Shown here: piece after piece, positions 25,101-40,100 of the stretch | Numbering within the stretch: position 1 is the first letter of the stretch | Layout: every line of letters starts with the position of its first letter | Origin: Antedon mediterranea | Taxonomy: Eukaryota; Animalia; Echinodermata | DNA length: 64,000 bases | Assembly (NCBI RefSeq): GCF_964355755.1 | Contig: NC_092680.1 | Location: 13,029,045-13,093,044, forward strand | Direction: 5' to 3' | The notes under the pieces: model-generated | Told to the model about the DNA's origin: nothing | The model's database searches: none | The model's input: the letters and a program-made list of their open reading frames with translations, nothing else | Translations under genes and position numbers: made by a program

Positions 25101-28100
25101 CACTAATTCAAAAGGTCATCAGTATTTTTGGACCCCCATCTCGTCTTATTTCAGATGCAGCAACCTCCCTTACAGGAAAATTATTAACACTATTATGTAA
25201 CACCCTTAATATTGATAGGAAAATCATCAGCGTCCACAATCACGGTAGTTTTCAAGTTGAACGTCATATCCGCACCGTATCGGACCTGTTAAAGGTCAAC
25301 CTTAACCAATTCGGAACAGATTGGGTTAGATTTGTATCAACAACATGTTATGCTTATAACTCGTTTTCATCCCCACATCTAGGAAACCACTCCCCTTACG
25401 AATTAGTTTTTGGCCGCCAACCTCCAAGTTTGACCTCATTAGCATTTAACCCTATTTCAGGATTGTCTCATTCCTATGAAGAATACTTTGAACATCTCAA
25501 GAAGAAATTTCAAAACATTTCACAGACAATGCTACAATTACAGCGAACACAACAAAACGTCCAAAACTCAAAGATTTCCCAACGCTTACAAAAAAGTCCA
25601 ATTTACTCAGTAGGACAACTCGTATATTTATACAAGACAACATCATCATCACTAACGGCAAATTCAAAGAAAATCGCCGCAGAATGGGTCGGACCATTAG
25701 TGATTCATGAAGTACTAGACAGAACACACTACATCCTAGCGACGATTAAAGGAGAAATACTTCGCGACGTATTCAATTATAACAGACTGAAACCCTGTTT
25801 TATGAGAACACCCAAAGAACGCAAAAATTTTACACATCTCCAAAAACTTAAACAATTGTTGAATGAACCCACCGATGATAATAACGAGAAAATCCAAAAC
25901 ACCATTAATGTAGTAAATGACGAAATCAATGTTGAATTTGTAGACGAACATGATAGGACACCAGCCCAATTGCAATCAGATACCCTTACAAATCCAACTA
26001 AGATAGAACCCCTTAACTTGCAACCTTACATTGACTGTGTAGAGAATAACATGGGATTAGCAGCCCCATTCCAAATGAAAGAAGAACAAATCAAGGAACA
26101 AACTAATCTAATTATGACAGCACCTAATGATTCAATTATGACATTAAACCGAGGTAGATTTAAAGCAGGACATTTCCAAGTTTTAGTTTCATATTCTAAA
26201 CCGACTTCAGCTAAACGCAACACCGATAAAACAAAACACGAATCTAATGATCGCAAATTTTGGTGGAATATTGACAGATATAACGATACAGATAAATTGA
26301 TTAAAGAGATCATTAATGATAAACAGATACCGATAAGTGGATCGCCAAAACGATTCATAAAACGTTTGTATAATGCAACAAGTTACTGATTTAATTTTTT
26401 TTGCAAGATTATTTTTAAATTACGACATTTGCTAAATTATTGATAGCATAGTCTACGTATTTGATGAGATTTGTTTAGTAATGATGTGATTTCAGTTAAA
26501 AGAGAATTGAATTTATGTTTAAGTATTGATTTTGTAACGAGTTTTTTGATAAAGATTAATTTTGAATTTTAATGATCGATATATTGAGATATTGAAAAGA
26601 ACGACAATCATTTTGTAACAAATATTTTGTTTAACCTTTGAGTCGTTAATCTCAAGCATTAATTAATCGATATACAAGAACAGGAGATTTTCTTAGTACT
26701 TTTAATTGTAATTTTTTTTGACATTGAGTACAAAAATCGAATTTGTCGATTGATTGAAATCATAATTACCTGTGAATATAAATGCTTAAATCGATAAAGT
26801 TGTGATGATAACGATATATTGTGGATAAGTTTGTGTCAACGGGACACACACATTTGTTTCTTTTAAAGTTTTAAGTGATTAAGTTTGATATTTTGATTTT
26901 AGGCTAATCAGCCACAGTTTTCTTGAGTTTTATGTTTTGATTTGATGATTTATGTTTGAAGGCCATTAGAACGCGATGAGTTGTCGCACGATTTGATGTA
27001 TGTTCAATGTAACATACTATTTTTAAGTTTTGTATTTTTAGTTTCAACTGATTTATTTTTAATTTACGCGAATTTTATACCAAATTCATTTTTATTAAGA
27101 GAGAGAAGAGAGAGAGTGAAAGTGATAAGGTTACACTTCAGAGTCAATGGTTTTGGCTAACTCAATTTTTGCTTATATGTATAATAATGTTTTTTTCTTT
27201 TATATAACTTTAATTTTGCATGCCACTATTATAACCATTTTTATATTTTCAATAGATTAGAAAAAAAAAGGGAAACAGAGGGATGTAATATAACGATATA
27301 CTTTTATATTTAAGAAATTGACCTTTGTATCGGAATTTAAATAGGTTCACAAACTTGACCCAGAAAGTCCAGAGGAGAGTTTGTCCAGATATTTTAATGA
27401 CCATTTAGTTTATAATAGAATCTCTAAAGAAAACACTTAGCTTAATTTTGTGACTTTTCCCATCGTTAAACCAGGAGTGATTGACACTATTTAAGTACAG
27501 ATTTGACAGTGTCATCCATCACAGAAATACCTTATTATACCGTTAATCATTCTCACTTAAACACCCCTGGATCAACTTAGGACCAATCGTTACCCTCACA
27601 GATTACGTAATTGACATATGCTAATGAACTGAGCCAATATACTCCCAAGTTTCAGAGGAGCCCAGACACACCTCACAGCCACTTCTTCAGAAGAACATCT
27701 ACACCTCACAGCCACTTCTTCAGAAGCAGACCTACACACTTCACACCTCACCGACAGCATCATTGATCGTCCGTTCCTTATCTATACTTATAGTTGTATA
27801 TTGTACTGAAGTATTATACTGAATAAACAATATATGTGTTACGACAGTCAAGCGAGTCAGAGTCCTTCATTAGTACCTCAACAACGCAACATTATATTAC
27901 ATTATGTATGAGAGAGACAGCTTGTATTTTGTTCATTGTAGTGTAGGCCACTACTCATATTTTTACTCTACGCACTCCACGTATCAAACTGACCAAAATT
28001 GGGGCGGGCGGATATCTTTATTAGTTTAACAATAACTTTTCGTAGGTAAGCGATGCAAAAAACATAAAATATTCATTAGTCATATTCTTCTAGCTTAGTG

Positions 28101-31100
28101 AATATCATTAGTGAGACAGGAGGGTGGTGTGGATGCAACTTGTGCTAAATTATGTTACTATTAGTACAATGTTATCATACATACTACCGCCAGGTTTACT
28201 CCTTTCCAAATCAATTGGTAAATATTTTCCAAAAATAAATGAAAATATAACAATATCATAACGAAACGTACATTAACGCAAGGCTCATACAACAATCTGA
28301 TTTGCTTCGTATGAGACACGTTAAGAGTGCAGTTATGACCGTGCTCAAATTAATACATTGTAAAACACACATTACTAAAAAACGAACGTCTTACCCTGAC
28401 AATCGGTCCGGCTTTGAACACATAATTGCGAAGTAGACGATGATTAAACAGAATCCCAGACAGGCGACGATTGTTGTAACTGAGGGTTTTTAAAAGTGCA
28501 TGGTTTAATTCATTTCAATTTTATTTTCATAAGATACATCATTGTGTAATAACATGTGAGTTGTGTTTATAAGTAGAATATACTTATGCTGGAGAAACTT
28601 AAATAAGCCCAGAGGCTAGTTCCACCAGATAAAAATAGTTCAACAAGTAAATATAATAAATGTTTTAAAAGTAGTCAATAAATAATAAAACATACAATAT
28701 GATATCAAATAAATAGGCAGTAAAGAAGCAGTACAAACAAAGCGTAATTTTGTTTTACCCAATAGATCGAGATCGTGTTAGGTAGGTCTATATGCGATCA
28801 AACACTAGGTTGATGGGAATGTGGTGAGCAAACTATCGAATAATGCAATTGCTCAAAGTGGTCTTAGCATTTTTAAAACTGAAAGAATCTATAGTACTGG
28901 TAGGCTTATAATATTATTATCAAAGAAATAATTGTGATCTAATATGTAATCATACATTGGTAAAACTGAAAAATGAAATACTTACAGATGACAATGTAAG
29001 TCGTGTTGTGAGACTCTTCTAGAAAATCAAAATAAACCAAGTATTGTTAGATCTAAAATTGTAACATTTCTAATTTGGTAATACAGCATCCGATGTATAT
29101 CACATGTTGTAAGCTTAGTTTACGGGTTAGGTTCATGATCTATGATACTAGGCGATACATCTGAAACAAGGGGGTTTCTTTTGGTACTGGATAAATCTAG
29201 ATACATTACTGAGGATCTGGTGAGTTATTCTAACAAGTCAACTGGAAGTAAGGTTTTAAAACACCAAGACAATTAATTTGTAATATTACCTTTACAATAT
29301 CCATTATGAACTAGATCTCCATCAACGCACGTGACGTTTACGTAATCATGATCATCGTTATTATCATCGTCATCTTCATCTGATTCGTCATAGAATTTTG
29401 CTCGGAATCCATCATAGCAAACAAGTTTAGTGGACTGGCTCTCTAGTAGACTGGACTCAGAGTATGAGCCGCCTTTTGGATTATCTGGTAAAGTACAGAT
29501 TCTGGCAGCTAAAACAGAAAAGTAGTACTTATTAGTAAATAAGTACATTTTTTAGTTTAACTGGGTTGGTTGTAAAGTATACTTTGGAACTTGTAGAAAT
29601 AAAAAGAATTACGGTATAAGTTGAATAAGTACATTTTAGAGCTTATATCAACACACTTATGTACGGTAGTTATAGTTTAGTACATTATATATCTTGGGTT
29701 ACAATTGCAGAGGTTTAGACAAATATTTCTAGAAGATTTGGAAACTCTAAGGTAACCTGTTATGCAACATAAAAAGTATAACATTTATACTGCATAATTT
29801 AAAAAAAACTATTCAAAAAGGAGAGGTAGAGAGGTAAGAAAGGTAAAAGGTAGAATAAATGCTTTAGAAACATGCTTACATCGAAATAGAAACATACCAA
29901 ATAGTGTAGTTCCCAGTTAACTACAAACAATCAAATACACGTCATCATGTTTCCAACATACACGTGTGTGTTTTATTGTATGCGTAATGTTTTGAGCTAA
30001 AGTATAGTTGGTTAGTGGACATTTATATTTATGTATTGTGGAAATTTCTATCAATTTATAAAGCATCAATTTTACATCAGGTGTTGCATACAAATAAGGT
30101 AATGTTTAGGCCTAAAGTTTATGTACATCTTTTTGTTGTGTTAACATGAATAAATACTATAAATTTGATATACTAACTTCGCATTGTCAATTTGAACGGA
30201 TACTCTCTTTCAACATTCACAGAACTATCTGGTAAATCCAAGGTTTCGCCGATTTGTAAATCATTGAAATTTGAGTAATCAATGTCATATACAGTAAAAT
30301 TCATAACCTGGTTATGGCCGTCAGAATACGAAAATGACCCAGATGTAAACGCAAAGGCTACCCAATTACCAGCATAGGCTACTATAGATGGTGATTCAGC
30401 GGTTAAGCTCTTGTCGACTTCTTGGTTTGGTGAATCAGTGGTAATGTCCACTTTGCTGATAACTTTAAAGTCATTTTGTGACTGACTGATGACAAGCAAA
30501 GTATACGTTGTCGCTTTACTTGCATAAAGGGAGATATCAGTAATAACTGTATCGCATTCAAATGGTTTGTCATAGGGTAAAATCAATTGGTCTATTATTT
30601 CTGTATTCAATTGGTTTGATATCGACCTGGAGCCAAATAATACGGGGCATTCCGGCTCTGAAAACAAGATCATTGTATATATGAATGCTTTTACTGAAGT
30701 GCAACTGTACCATGAATACAATAATACATTTACACTGGGTAATTATACTTCTAAAAAAACTACTTATAAAAGGTGATCGAAAGTTTGATTCAAATAGAAA
30801 GATCAAAGATTGAATGTAACCATTATTTTACTATGAGTATATCGGAAACAGATGTGAAAAAGACGTATAAAAAAACAGAATTAACGAACGTTTTAATTTT
30901 ATCCAATGTATTTATCAGATTAAAGCTACGTAAGTAAAATAGCTGGTTTAGTGTTTAAAACAGAATACTTTACACTAATGTATTCCAGATTATGTGCAAA
31001 ACGTACGTGTGTGATCGGAAGATATAACGTTGTCCGAAGTCTTCTTCGGCAACATGATTCGGCTATAGTCCAGATCCCTATGTCGTGTGCAGATCATGGG

Positions 31101-34100
31101 GAAAGTGTAAACATTGTGTTTTATGAATATTTGAATCATGCTGGTTATAAAAACCCATGTTTTCAAATTTATAAAATTCATCTTTGACCTCTGACCTCAA
31201 TTTGAATGTTTTGACCCATTGAAAACAAAATGGTCATATCTTTGCAACGCTTAGATTAAATGAAAAAAAATTTTAGTTTCAAATTATTTGGGAGATGCAT
31301 ATTAATATTCGTTCTAATGAAAAAGTTTGTCCAAAAATGGCTGGAAGTATGATTTTTGGCATACTTGACCTTTGACCAACATATCATATAACTCCGTAAC
31401 TTGGACAAACTTTAAATAGGGCTCAAATTAATCTGAAGGTATATGTTTCTATTCAGTCTAATAAGAACTTTTTCAAGAAAATGACCCGAAATATTTTCAT
31501 TGACCTTTGACCTGTACTGGTAGTACACATTTCTATAATCTCAAAAACTATTGGCCGTAAAATGGTTGTTTTTGTGAAATGGTTCGAAAAATACATTTAT
31601 ATGTTTTGTGCTAAAAATCCATCTTTTTGGTCCAGTACAAACAATCTTGTACAGCCATTCTTACACAAACAGCATATTTTATTGGAAAGATAATCATAAT
31701 ATCTATCCAATAAAATATGAATTTTGTGTATTAATATCTGCTAGATTGCTTTTATTAAACCAAAAAGATGGACTTTTAGCTCAAAATTAAAATATTTTTT
31801 TGGTGTGTATCATGTAATAACCTCAACAAAAATATCAAGCTATCGGAATATTTTTCTCAATTTTTGTCAGAAACTGACCTAGTACGTTATAAAAGTGGTA
31901 TGTAAATTACAGGTTACTGTAAAAAGTTCTTATTAGACTGAATAGAAACATATACCTTCAGATTAATTTGAGCCCTATTTAAAGTTTGTCCAACTATTAG
32001 TTACGGAGTTATATGATATGTAGGTCAAAGGTCAAATATGCCAAAAATCATACTTCCAGCCATTTTTGGACAAACTTTTCCATTAGAACGAATATTAATA
32101 TGCATCTCCCAAATAATTTGACACTAAAATTATTTCATTTAATCTAAGCGTTGCAAAGATAGGACCATTTTGTTTTCAATGGGTCAAAACATTCAAATTG
32201 AGGTCAGAGGTCAAAGATGAATTTTAGAAATTTGACATGGGTTTTTATAAATAGCATGATTCAAATATTCATAAAACACAATGTTTACACTTTCCCCATG
32301 ATCTGCACACGAAGGCCCTTTTTTTGACATAGGGATCTGGACTACTAGTGTAAACTACAAAAGCATAGTATTAGGTTTAGTGCAGTAATTCTTTCAACAA
32401 TTGCAATATAAAGTGATTTGGTATACTAAATTAGGCCTAAAGTCACCAAACATTCAAATAACAAGACAAAACCACAGAAGATATTAAATACGACTAATAC
32501 TATGGTACCGGTATGACACGTTACCTGTAGTCATCACTGTGGCGTCATCTGGTACTGGAGTCGTGTTCTTTGTCTCAGCCTCTGTCGTTCGATCAGTAGT
32601 GCTGGTGACTGCAGATGCTGTAGTGCTTCTGGTTAATCCATCATTTTCAAGTGTTGTTTTACTTTCTGGATCTTCTGTTATTGTTTTGGAATCATCCTGC
32701 GCAGTCGTGACGACATCTTGCGGAGTCGTGACGACACCTTGCGCAGTCGTGACGACACCTTGCGTGGCTGTTACGACATCGCTTGCAGTCGTCATTGATT
32801 TCACGGTAGTGACCTTCTTGGTTGTAATAGCTTCAATGGTTGTAGGAGGATCAGATGTTGTTGCTAGAAAAAAATATCAACTAAAGTCAGTCTTGTTTAT
32901 ATGTATAATACTGACGTATAGATCATACATTGTAACAGATGCCTGCATAATACCAGCTTAGAATTGATAATAATAGTGTATTTCCATTCTCTTAGAAAAG
33001 GTAGGCATAATTCATGAAATTATATCGATGATTTCAATCGGGTCATAGCAAATCTACGTAAATAACTATATAATATTATCACTTATCAACACAGAAATAT
33101 ATTTTTTCGTAGAAACCTAACATGTACCAAGTACCAATGGTCATACAGGCGAGGCACATACTTACCAGAATACTCGAGAATAAATCCGAAGTTTCCAATA
33201 GAATCTTTGTCTGTGGTAAACCGTATCGTTACAGTTTGTGTTGTATCCGATGTCCACATGAAACTCGATTGGAAACTATCGTACTCGATCGGATCACCGA
33301 TTCCATCCGAAACGGTCAACAAATCGTTGTTCTTCACCAAAAACATTATCGCATTTAATGTCACTACGCTATGCTCTGTATACGATAATGTCCATGTCAC
33401 GTCAAGGTTTGCTTCGTATTTGCCAAAAAAGTTTGGCGAGTAGATAAAGTCATTGTTATCATCAGTGTATGTTGTGCCTGACTCACCTAAAGACACTGTG
33501 GTGATTAGAAATAAATCGTCATTAATATATCAAGCTAATATGCAATAAATAAGAATAGATAAGGAAGTCTATAACCTATTCTATAACTCAATTTCATGCT
33601 AAAAAGTATAGTAGAACTTATGAATTTCTCCTCATATACTAAATATTATAGTAATGTTCGACTTCACGATAGGCACTGCCATCGAGCTTTTGTGCCTGCT
33701 AGGCTAAGTTTGCATGGCGAATATACTTTTTTTTCTTACAAAATTTTTCGACTAAACAAATATTTATTATGTCTTTATTATCATATTATGAATGTGATTA
33801 TTGCGTCATATTGTTCTTACCTGGATAAATACTAAAGTGATTGACACCACCACATGCCGCTCGATCATCGTCAATGCAAGCAGTATTACACATTCCGTTC
33901 GATGCTGCCGTCAATGATGTATATTCTCCAGAGAAACAAAAGCATCTATTTTGATCACCCTTAACCCCAAGCGCTGCGTACGTTGAATACGCCCTACAGA
34001 CATCTAAACACTCGTAGATACTAGCAGACGCAGTACTTATTCGTTGTAAGTCTGGCGGGTACTGGCTTTCTGGGATATCATAGCAACCAAGATAGGCGGG

Positions 34101-37100
34101 AACTATACAATATGACAATAATAGTTCAAGTTAAATGACAATATTCCGTGTAGAAAATGAATGTATCTCACAAATGCAAAATGCCAGATGTGTGGTGGGA
34201 TGTGCATAAAGCTCTATCTACACAATAAAACTTTATGTGACAACAAATGTGATGTGCCCATGTATGAACATGATGATGTCATATCACTACCATATTTGGC
34301 CATCACTACAATATTTTGGGTACATTCACTTTTTTTGGCAAATTAGTTTAATAGTGTAGACAGAGCTTTAAAGTAGACGTGCACAGTGGTGGTCATCTTG
34401 TACTGAGAATACATCTCAAGCATTATATAGTGCACCTAGTTTATAAACATTGACATGTACGATATATATAAACAAATTGTTAGATAAGGTAACATTAAAA
34501 CATACCATTACATATTATTGATACAATGTCAGTTTGTGTACATTCGGCTGAGCTGAGACCTCCAGATCCGCAAGATTGGAAATTCCCCTCAGAGCCTGAA
34601 CATGTATAATTACTCCATAACATATTCCCAGTTCCTTGACCAAAATTAGGTGACGTCACACTTGAAAACATTGCTCCATCTTGAAAGCCTACAGAGGAAA
34701 ATGATTTTAAAATGTGAGTGAGGAGAGGGGTGAAGTGATGATCCAGTTAATTTGGATTGGTGAGTAGCATGGAAAAATACTTAGATATGCAAACTTAGAA
34801 ATCTGCAAACATTTCCATCAAATTCTCTCGATTCAGGACTTTTAAAGATGTATTGTCCCGCGGAAAAATGAATTCTAAAAATATGTCGATGAATTTGCCA
34901 TTTTATTGTCACATATAATTATCCACTTTGACCAAAAATTGGATCGCAAAAAAATGTATTTATCTGAAAAAAACTGTAATTTAATGCAAAAAATAATCAG
35001 GTTGGCTGCCGGCCAATGGATTTTTGGTTGAAGTTATTATTATTATTATTACTTGTATAGCGCACATTTATACAACATTTAATTATAATCAGCGGCGCTT
35101 CACATCAATTAGTATCGTAACATTGTTTGAAATATAGTGCTTTTAAATGTTTTTTAAACTGATTATAGTCGTCTAAGTGTTTAATGTGACTTGGTAATCT
35201 GTTCCAAATTTTGGGTCCTGCTCTACGGCGAACGAACGGTCAGCAAATGTTTAGTTCGTGGTATTGTCAGGTTATAATTGCTGGTGCTTGAACGAGTACT
35301 GCGAGAAACATTCCGCACAGTAAGAATATCTCTCAGGTAACTTGGAGCGGAACCTTTAAGCGAACGCCATACAAGACACGCTATTTTGAATTGACATCTA
35401 TGAGACATCGGAAGCCAGTGCAAGGATCGCATGGCGTTAGTTGCACTGTCATACCGACCTTTCCTGACAATTATTTTCGCAGCTTGGTGCAGTAACCTCT
35501 TCACTGGAGCAAGGGTATTAGCAGGTAGACCATAATACAATGCATTGGCGTAATCAATATGACAGCACGAGCGATTGAACTAGTTGTTGGCAAAGGTCCT
35601 TGGAGAGAAATTTGCGGATTTGACGAATATAGTATACATTAACAGCTATCGTTCTGCATTTATCACGTATGTGGTTCTTGAAAGATAGCTGGTCGTCGAT
35701 ATTAACACCAAGGTATTTTACAGATGAACCAAGTGGTATTCTGTCCTGACATACGATGATATGATCTTTTTCGCATTTCAGGAGTTGAGCTCTGCTTCCC
35801 AACAGTATGAACTGTTTTTTCACTGTTCATTTTTAGTCTGTTGGACTTCATCCAGTCGTTGATGGATATGAGGCACTCTTGTAATTTGGTGATTGTATTT
35901 TCCATACTAGAACTAGAATTTGGATTAAATGAATCATACACTGAGTGATCATCGGCATATCCCATCACAGAAATATCAAACTTACTGATATGATCTTGTA
36001 AAGTGCTAGCATATATGGTGTATAGAACTGGACCGCATATACTACCCTGAGGTACAGAGAAGGACAAATTGGCTGTCTCCGAGTTAGTTTCGCCGATTGT
36101 TACGTTGGCAAATCGAGGACGAAGGTAAGTATCAAACCAGTTCAATGCCGCATTGGCCACTCCGAATTTGTTCTGCAAAACGTCGAGGAGTACTTCATGG
36201 TTCACTGTGTCGAAGGCGGCTGACAAGTCTATACATACCAGCGCAGACACCCTTTGCAGCTCCATATTCCAGAGTACGTCATTGGTTAACTTAACCAAAG
36301 CCGTCTCTGTGCTAAAACCTTTCCGATAGGCAGATTGGTACGCCGGTAATAAGGTATTGTTCTCAACATAAGCTATGAATTGGTTCAAGAAGCATGCGCG
36401 TTCAACCAGCTTGGATACGAAGGACAGATTGCTTACTGGCCTATAATTCCTGAGGATACACTCAACACCCTTCTTTTTTATAAGCGGTTTTATAACTGAT
36501 ATTTTCCATCTATGAGCAAATACGCCGTTACACAACGAGTTGTTGATCATCCTTGTAATAAGTGGTAGAAGTGTATCCAGATGCTGTTTCACCAGTGTCG
36601 ACGGTAGGGGGTCAGTGGAGCAGGTTGTTGGTTTTGCGCATATGATCAACTTCCTAACATCATCTTCGCTAACTTCCTGAAATGCAATAAATTCATTTGC
36701 CATTAGCCGTTCTTGTTCATACAAAGGGAAGTGTTCCAATTCCTCTCGTATTTTCTCTATTTTGCCCATAAAGAAAGATATGAAGTCGTCTGCTAACTGT
36801 TTATCAGTTTCATGTGGTGGAAGTGGGTTATTTTTACGTCTACCAATGAGCTCAAACACGATCTTGTAAAGCTTTTTTGAGTTGTTGCCAGCTTCTTTGA
36901 TAGCACCATTAATGAATTCGTACTTGGCTAAACGAAGATAACGTTTGTATGAATTGCGTATAGATCATTGTAAGCTGACCTATTTTCGTCGGTGGCAGAC
37001 TTCCGTAAGGTCTTCTCAGCACGACGAAGTTGCTTCTTCAACACATTAGCCTCGTCATCAAACCAAGGTAACGATCTTCTGACAGTGGTAGTTTTCTCAA

Positions 37101-40100
37101 CAATAGGAGCATGCTTATCCAGAGCAGCAAGTAGTTGAGTGTTGTAGTGATTTGCCAAATCGTCGATATCATCGATATTCGTTGATGATATAACTACTTG
37201 AGACAAAGCTTCATCAAAGTTCGTGTGATCTATTTTATTTATCTTTCGAAACTTTTTGTTTTGACGGTAACATTTCGGTTTTGGTCTCGATAAAATAGTC
37301 TCTACAAAACAATGGTCACTGATGTAATAATTTGAAGCGGGCTCGGTAACACAAAGAGTGTCCTTACCCCTCGTTATTAGCAAATAAAGAGTATTTCCCG
37401 AACGATGTGTTGGGAAAGACACGTGTTGATCAAGATTTAAACACTCAAGTACATCGTCGAATTTTATTTTATCCGGGTCATTGCTGCTGTTCATATGAAT
37501 GTTGAAGTCACCCGAAAATATTACAGAACTATGTAACGATAGAATATCCGAAGCATATTCTGCGAATTCATCATAGAAGGTGGCAGTACTAATGGGTCTG
37601 ACGGTGGAGTAATAGTAGAGCAGTTAAGGCCATAAAAATAGCCAAGTTGTGCACTTTATTACCAAAGCATGAAACTTGCCACAAAGTTTCTTTGATGTAT
37701 ATAGATTCAAAATATCGGGGGGTGCCAAGTGTCCAACGTCCGGTATGGCGGCCATCTTGATTTCAAAATGGCCACCATAAAAACAAAAAGTGTTCATATC
37801 TTGGCAACTATAAACAGTAGAGACTTGATTCTGGTGTTAAATTGTTCACAAACTACATATTTCTATTTGCTCTAATGAAAAGTTTCGTCAAAAAATGACC
37901 GGAAATGACGTTTCTTCCAGTTTGACCTTTGACCTCTTATCTGTATATCTCAGTAACTACTGATCATTTTCAATCGATTTTGGTGTCGTTTTGTTCAGAA
38001 TAGAGACATTTATATTTGTAGTAATGAAACATTTTCACATAAAATGACTGGAAATACAATTTATAACCTTTGACATATATAATTATGTGAACATACTGTA
38101 TGTGGTTTACATTGGTATAAATGCACCAAAATTGTTTTACCGAAATAAATGACACTTAATGCAAAAATGACCAAGAATTTATTATTCTGAATTTTTGACT
38201 TTTGATGTGATAGGATAGGCGTAAAGTATGACAGATTACTGAGAAACAGCAATCACTGAGCTCATGCCGACTTGTTTGCTAAACTGTGATGTGTCAATCG
38301 TTATATAAAAGTTTTGGTCCTCTCTCCTTCATCTTTTTTTTTGTAATGTATTATACCATATGGACAATTGTCTGAAATAAAAGTTGAATTGAATTTTTAG
38401 ATGCCATTTGGAAATATTTTTGATGTAAAGTAGCATTCTTTCGTTCGGAAAGTTCTCATTTTCATGAGTTAAGAGAACACCGTCTTTCAAAGTACTTACT
38501 ACAGTAGACCTACTTTCATTAGTCAGAAACTCAGATAATTCTTGGTCATTTTCGTTGCATCTAAACAAATGTACTCAATTTTTATGGTAATGAGCCTTTG
38601 CTGTAAACCATCTGAATCCTTTTCCTCGATTTTCTCTATAGTCATTGATTTTTTAGCAAAATCCGAACCAAATCAATTCGTAAAAGACATCTCAATATAA
38701 TTATTCAAGTAATCCTCAAATTAGTGACATGGACCTACAATATACTGTTCTGTACAAGACCTTTTTAGGCATCCACCTGTGGACTTTCACTTTGAAGGTC
38801 TTGGTCTCCTAATCATACAAGAAACATTGTCTGATTTAATCAATCAAAGTAGTGGGTCCAGACCATCCAAAGACAAAGAAGGGGGTATAAGACCATCTAC
38901 AGACAAAGAAGGGGTATAAGACCATCCACAGACAAAGAAGGGGGTATAAGACCATCCACAGACAAAGAAAGGGGAAGGCCATCTACAGACAAAGAAGGGG
39001 GTGTAGGACCATCCACATACAAAGAAGGGGGTGTAAGACCATCAACAGACAAAGAAGGAGGTGTAAGACCATCCACAGACAAAGAAGGGGGCGTAGGACC
39101 CTCCACAGACAAAGAAGGGGGTGTAAGACCATCCACTGACAAAGAAGGGGATATATAGGACCACTTACAGACAAAGAAGGAGGTATAAGACCATCCACAG
39201 ACAAAGAAGGGGGTGTAAGACCATCCACAGACAAAGGGGGTGTAAGACCATCCACACACAAAGAAGGGGGTATAAGACCATCCACAGACAAAGAAAAGGG
39301 TGTAAGGCCATCTACAGACAAAGAAGGGGGCGTAGGACCCTCCACAGACAAAGAAGGGGGTGTAAGACCATCCACTGACAAAGAAGTGGGTATAGGACCA
39401 CTTACAGACAAAGAAGGGGGTGTAAGACCATCCACAGACAAAGAAGGGGGTGTAAGACCATCCACAGACAAAGAAGGGGGTGTAAGACCATCCACACACA
39501 AAGAAGGGGGTATAAGACCATCCACAGACAAAGAAAGGGGTGTAAGGCCATCTACAGACAAAGAAGGGGGTGTAAGACCATCCACACACAAAGAAGGGGG
39601 TGTAAGACCATCCACAGACAAAGAAGGGGTGTAAGACCATCCACAGACAAAGAAGGGGGCGTAGGACCCTCCACAGACAAAGAAGGGGGTGTAAGACCAT
39701 TCACTGACAAAGAAGGGGGTATAGAACCACTTACAGACAAAGAAGGGGGCGTAGGACCCTCCACAGACAAAGAAGGGGGTATAAGACCATCCACAGACAA
39801 AGAAGGTGGTGTAGGACCATCCACAGACAAAGAAGGGGGTGTAGGACCATCCACAGACAAAGAAGGGGATGTAGGACCATCCACAGACAAAGAAGGGGGT
39901 ATAAGACCATCCACAGACAAAGAAGGGGTATAAGACCATCGACAGAGAAAGAAGGGGGTGTAAGACCATCCACAGACAAATAAAGGGTGTAAGACCATCC
40001 ACACACAAAGAAAAAGGTGTAAGACCATCCACACACAAAAAAGGGGTGTAATACCATCCACACACAAAAAAGAGGTGTAATACCATCCACAGACAAAGAA

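Larger units (their letters stand above)
20254..27901 (+). mobile_element. Full-length, very young Ty3/Gypsy LTR retrotransposon, antisense in the receptor intron between the TM and tail exons
   Basis: 618-bp TG...CA LTRs (20254-20871, 27284-27901) in which I see one mismatch (20361 G vs 27391 A). TSD TTAT; PBS at 20872; PPT at 27259-27283; pol order PR-RT-RH-IN. Confidence 0.97.

Noticed and set aside
21047-26358. Short antisense ORFs within gag/pol
   Set aside because: Shadow ORFs of the long sense frames with no recognisable motifs.
26390-27258. env-like third ORF in the Gypsy element
   Set aside because: T-rich with no ORF of 60 aa or more in the track; treated as 3' UTR.
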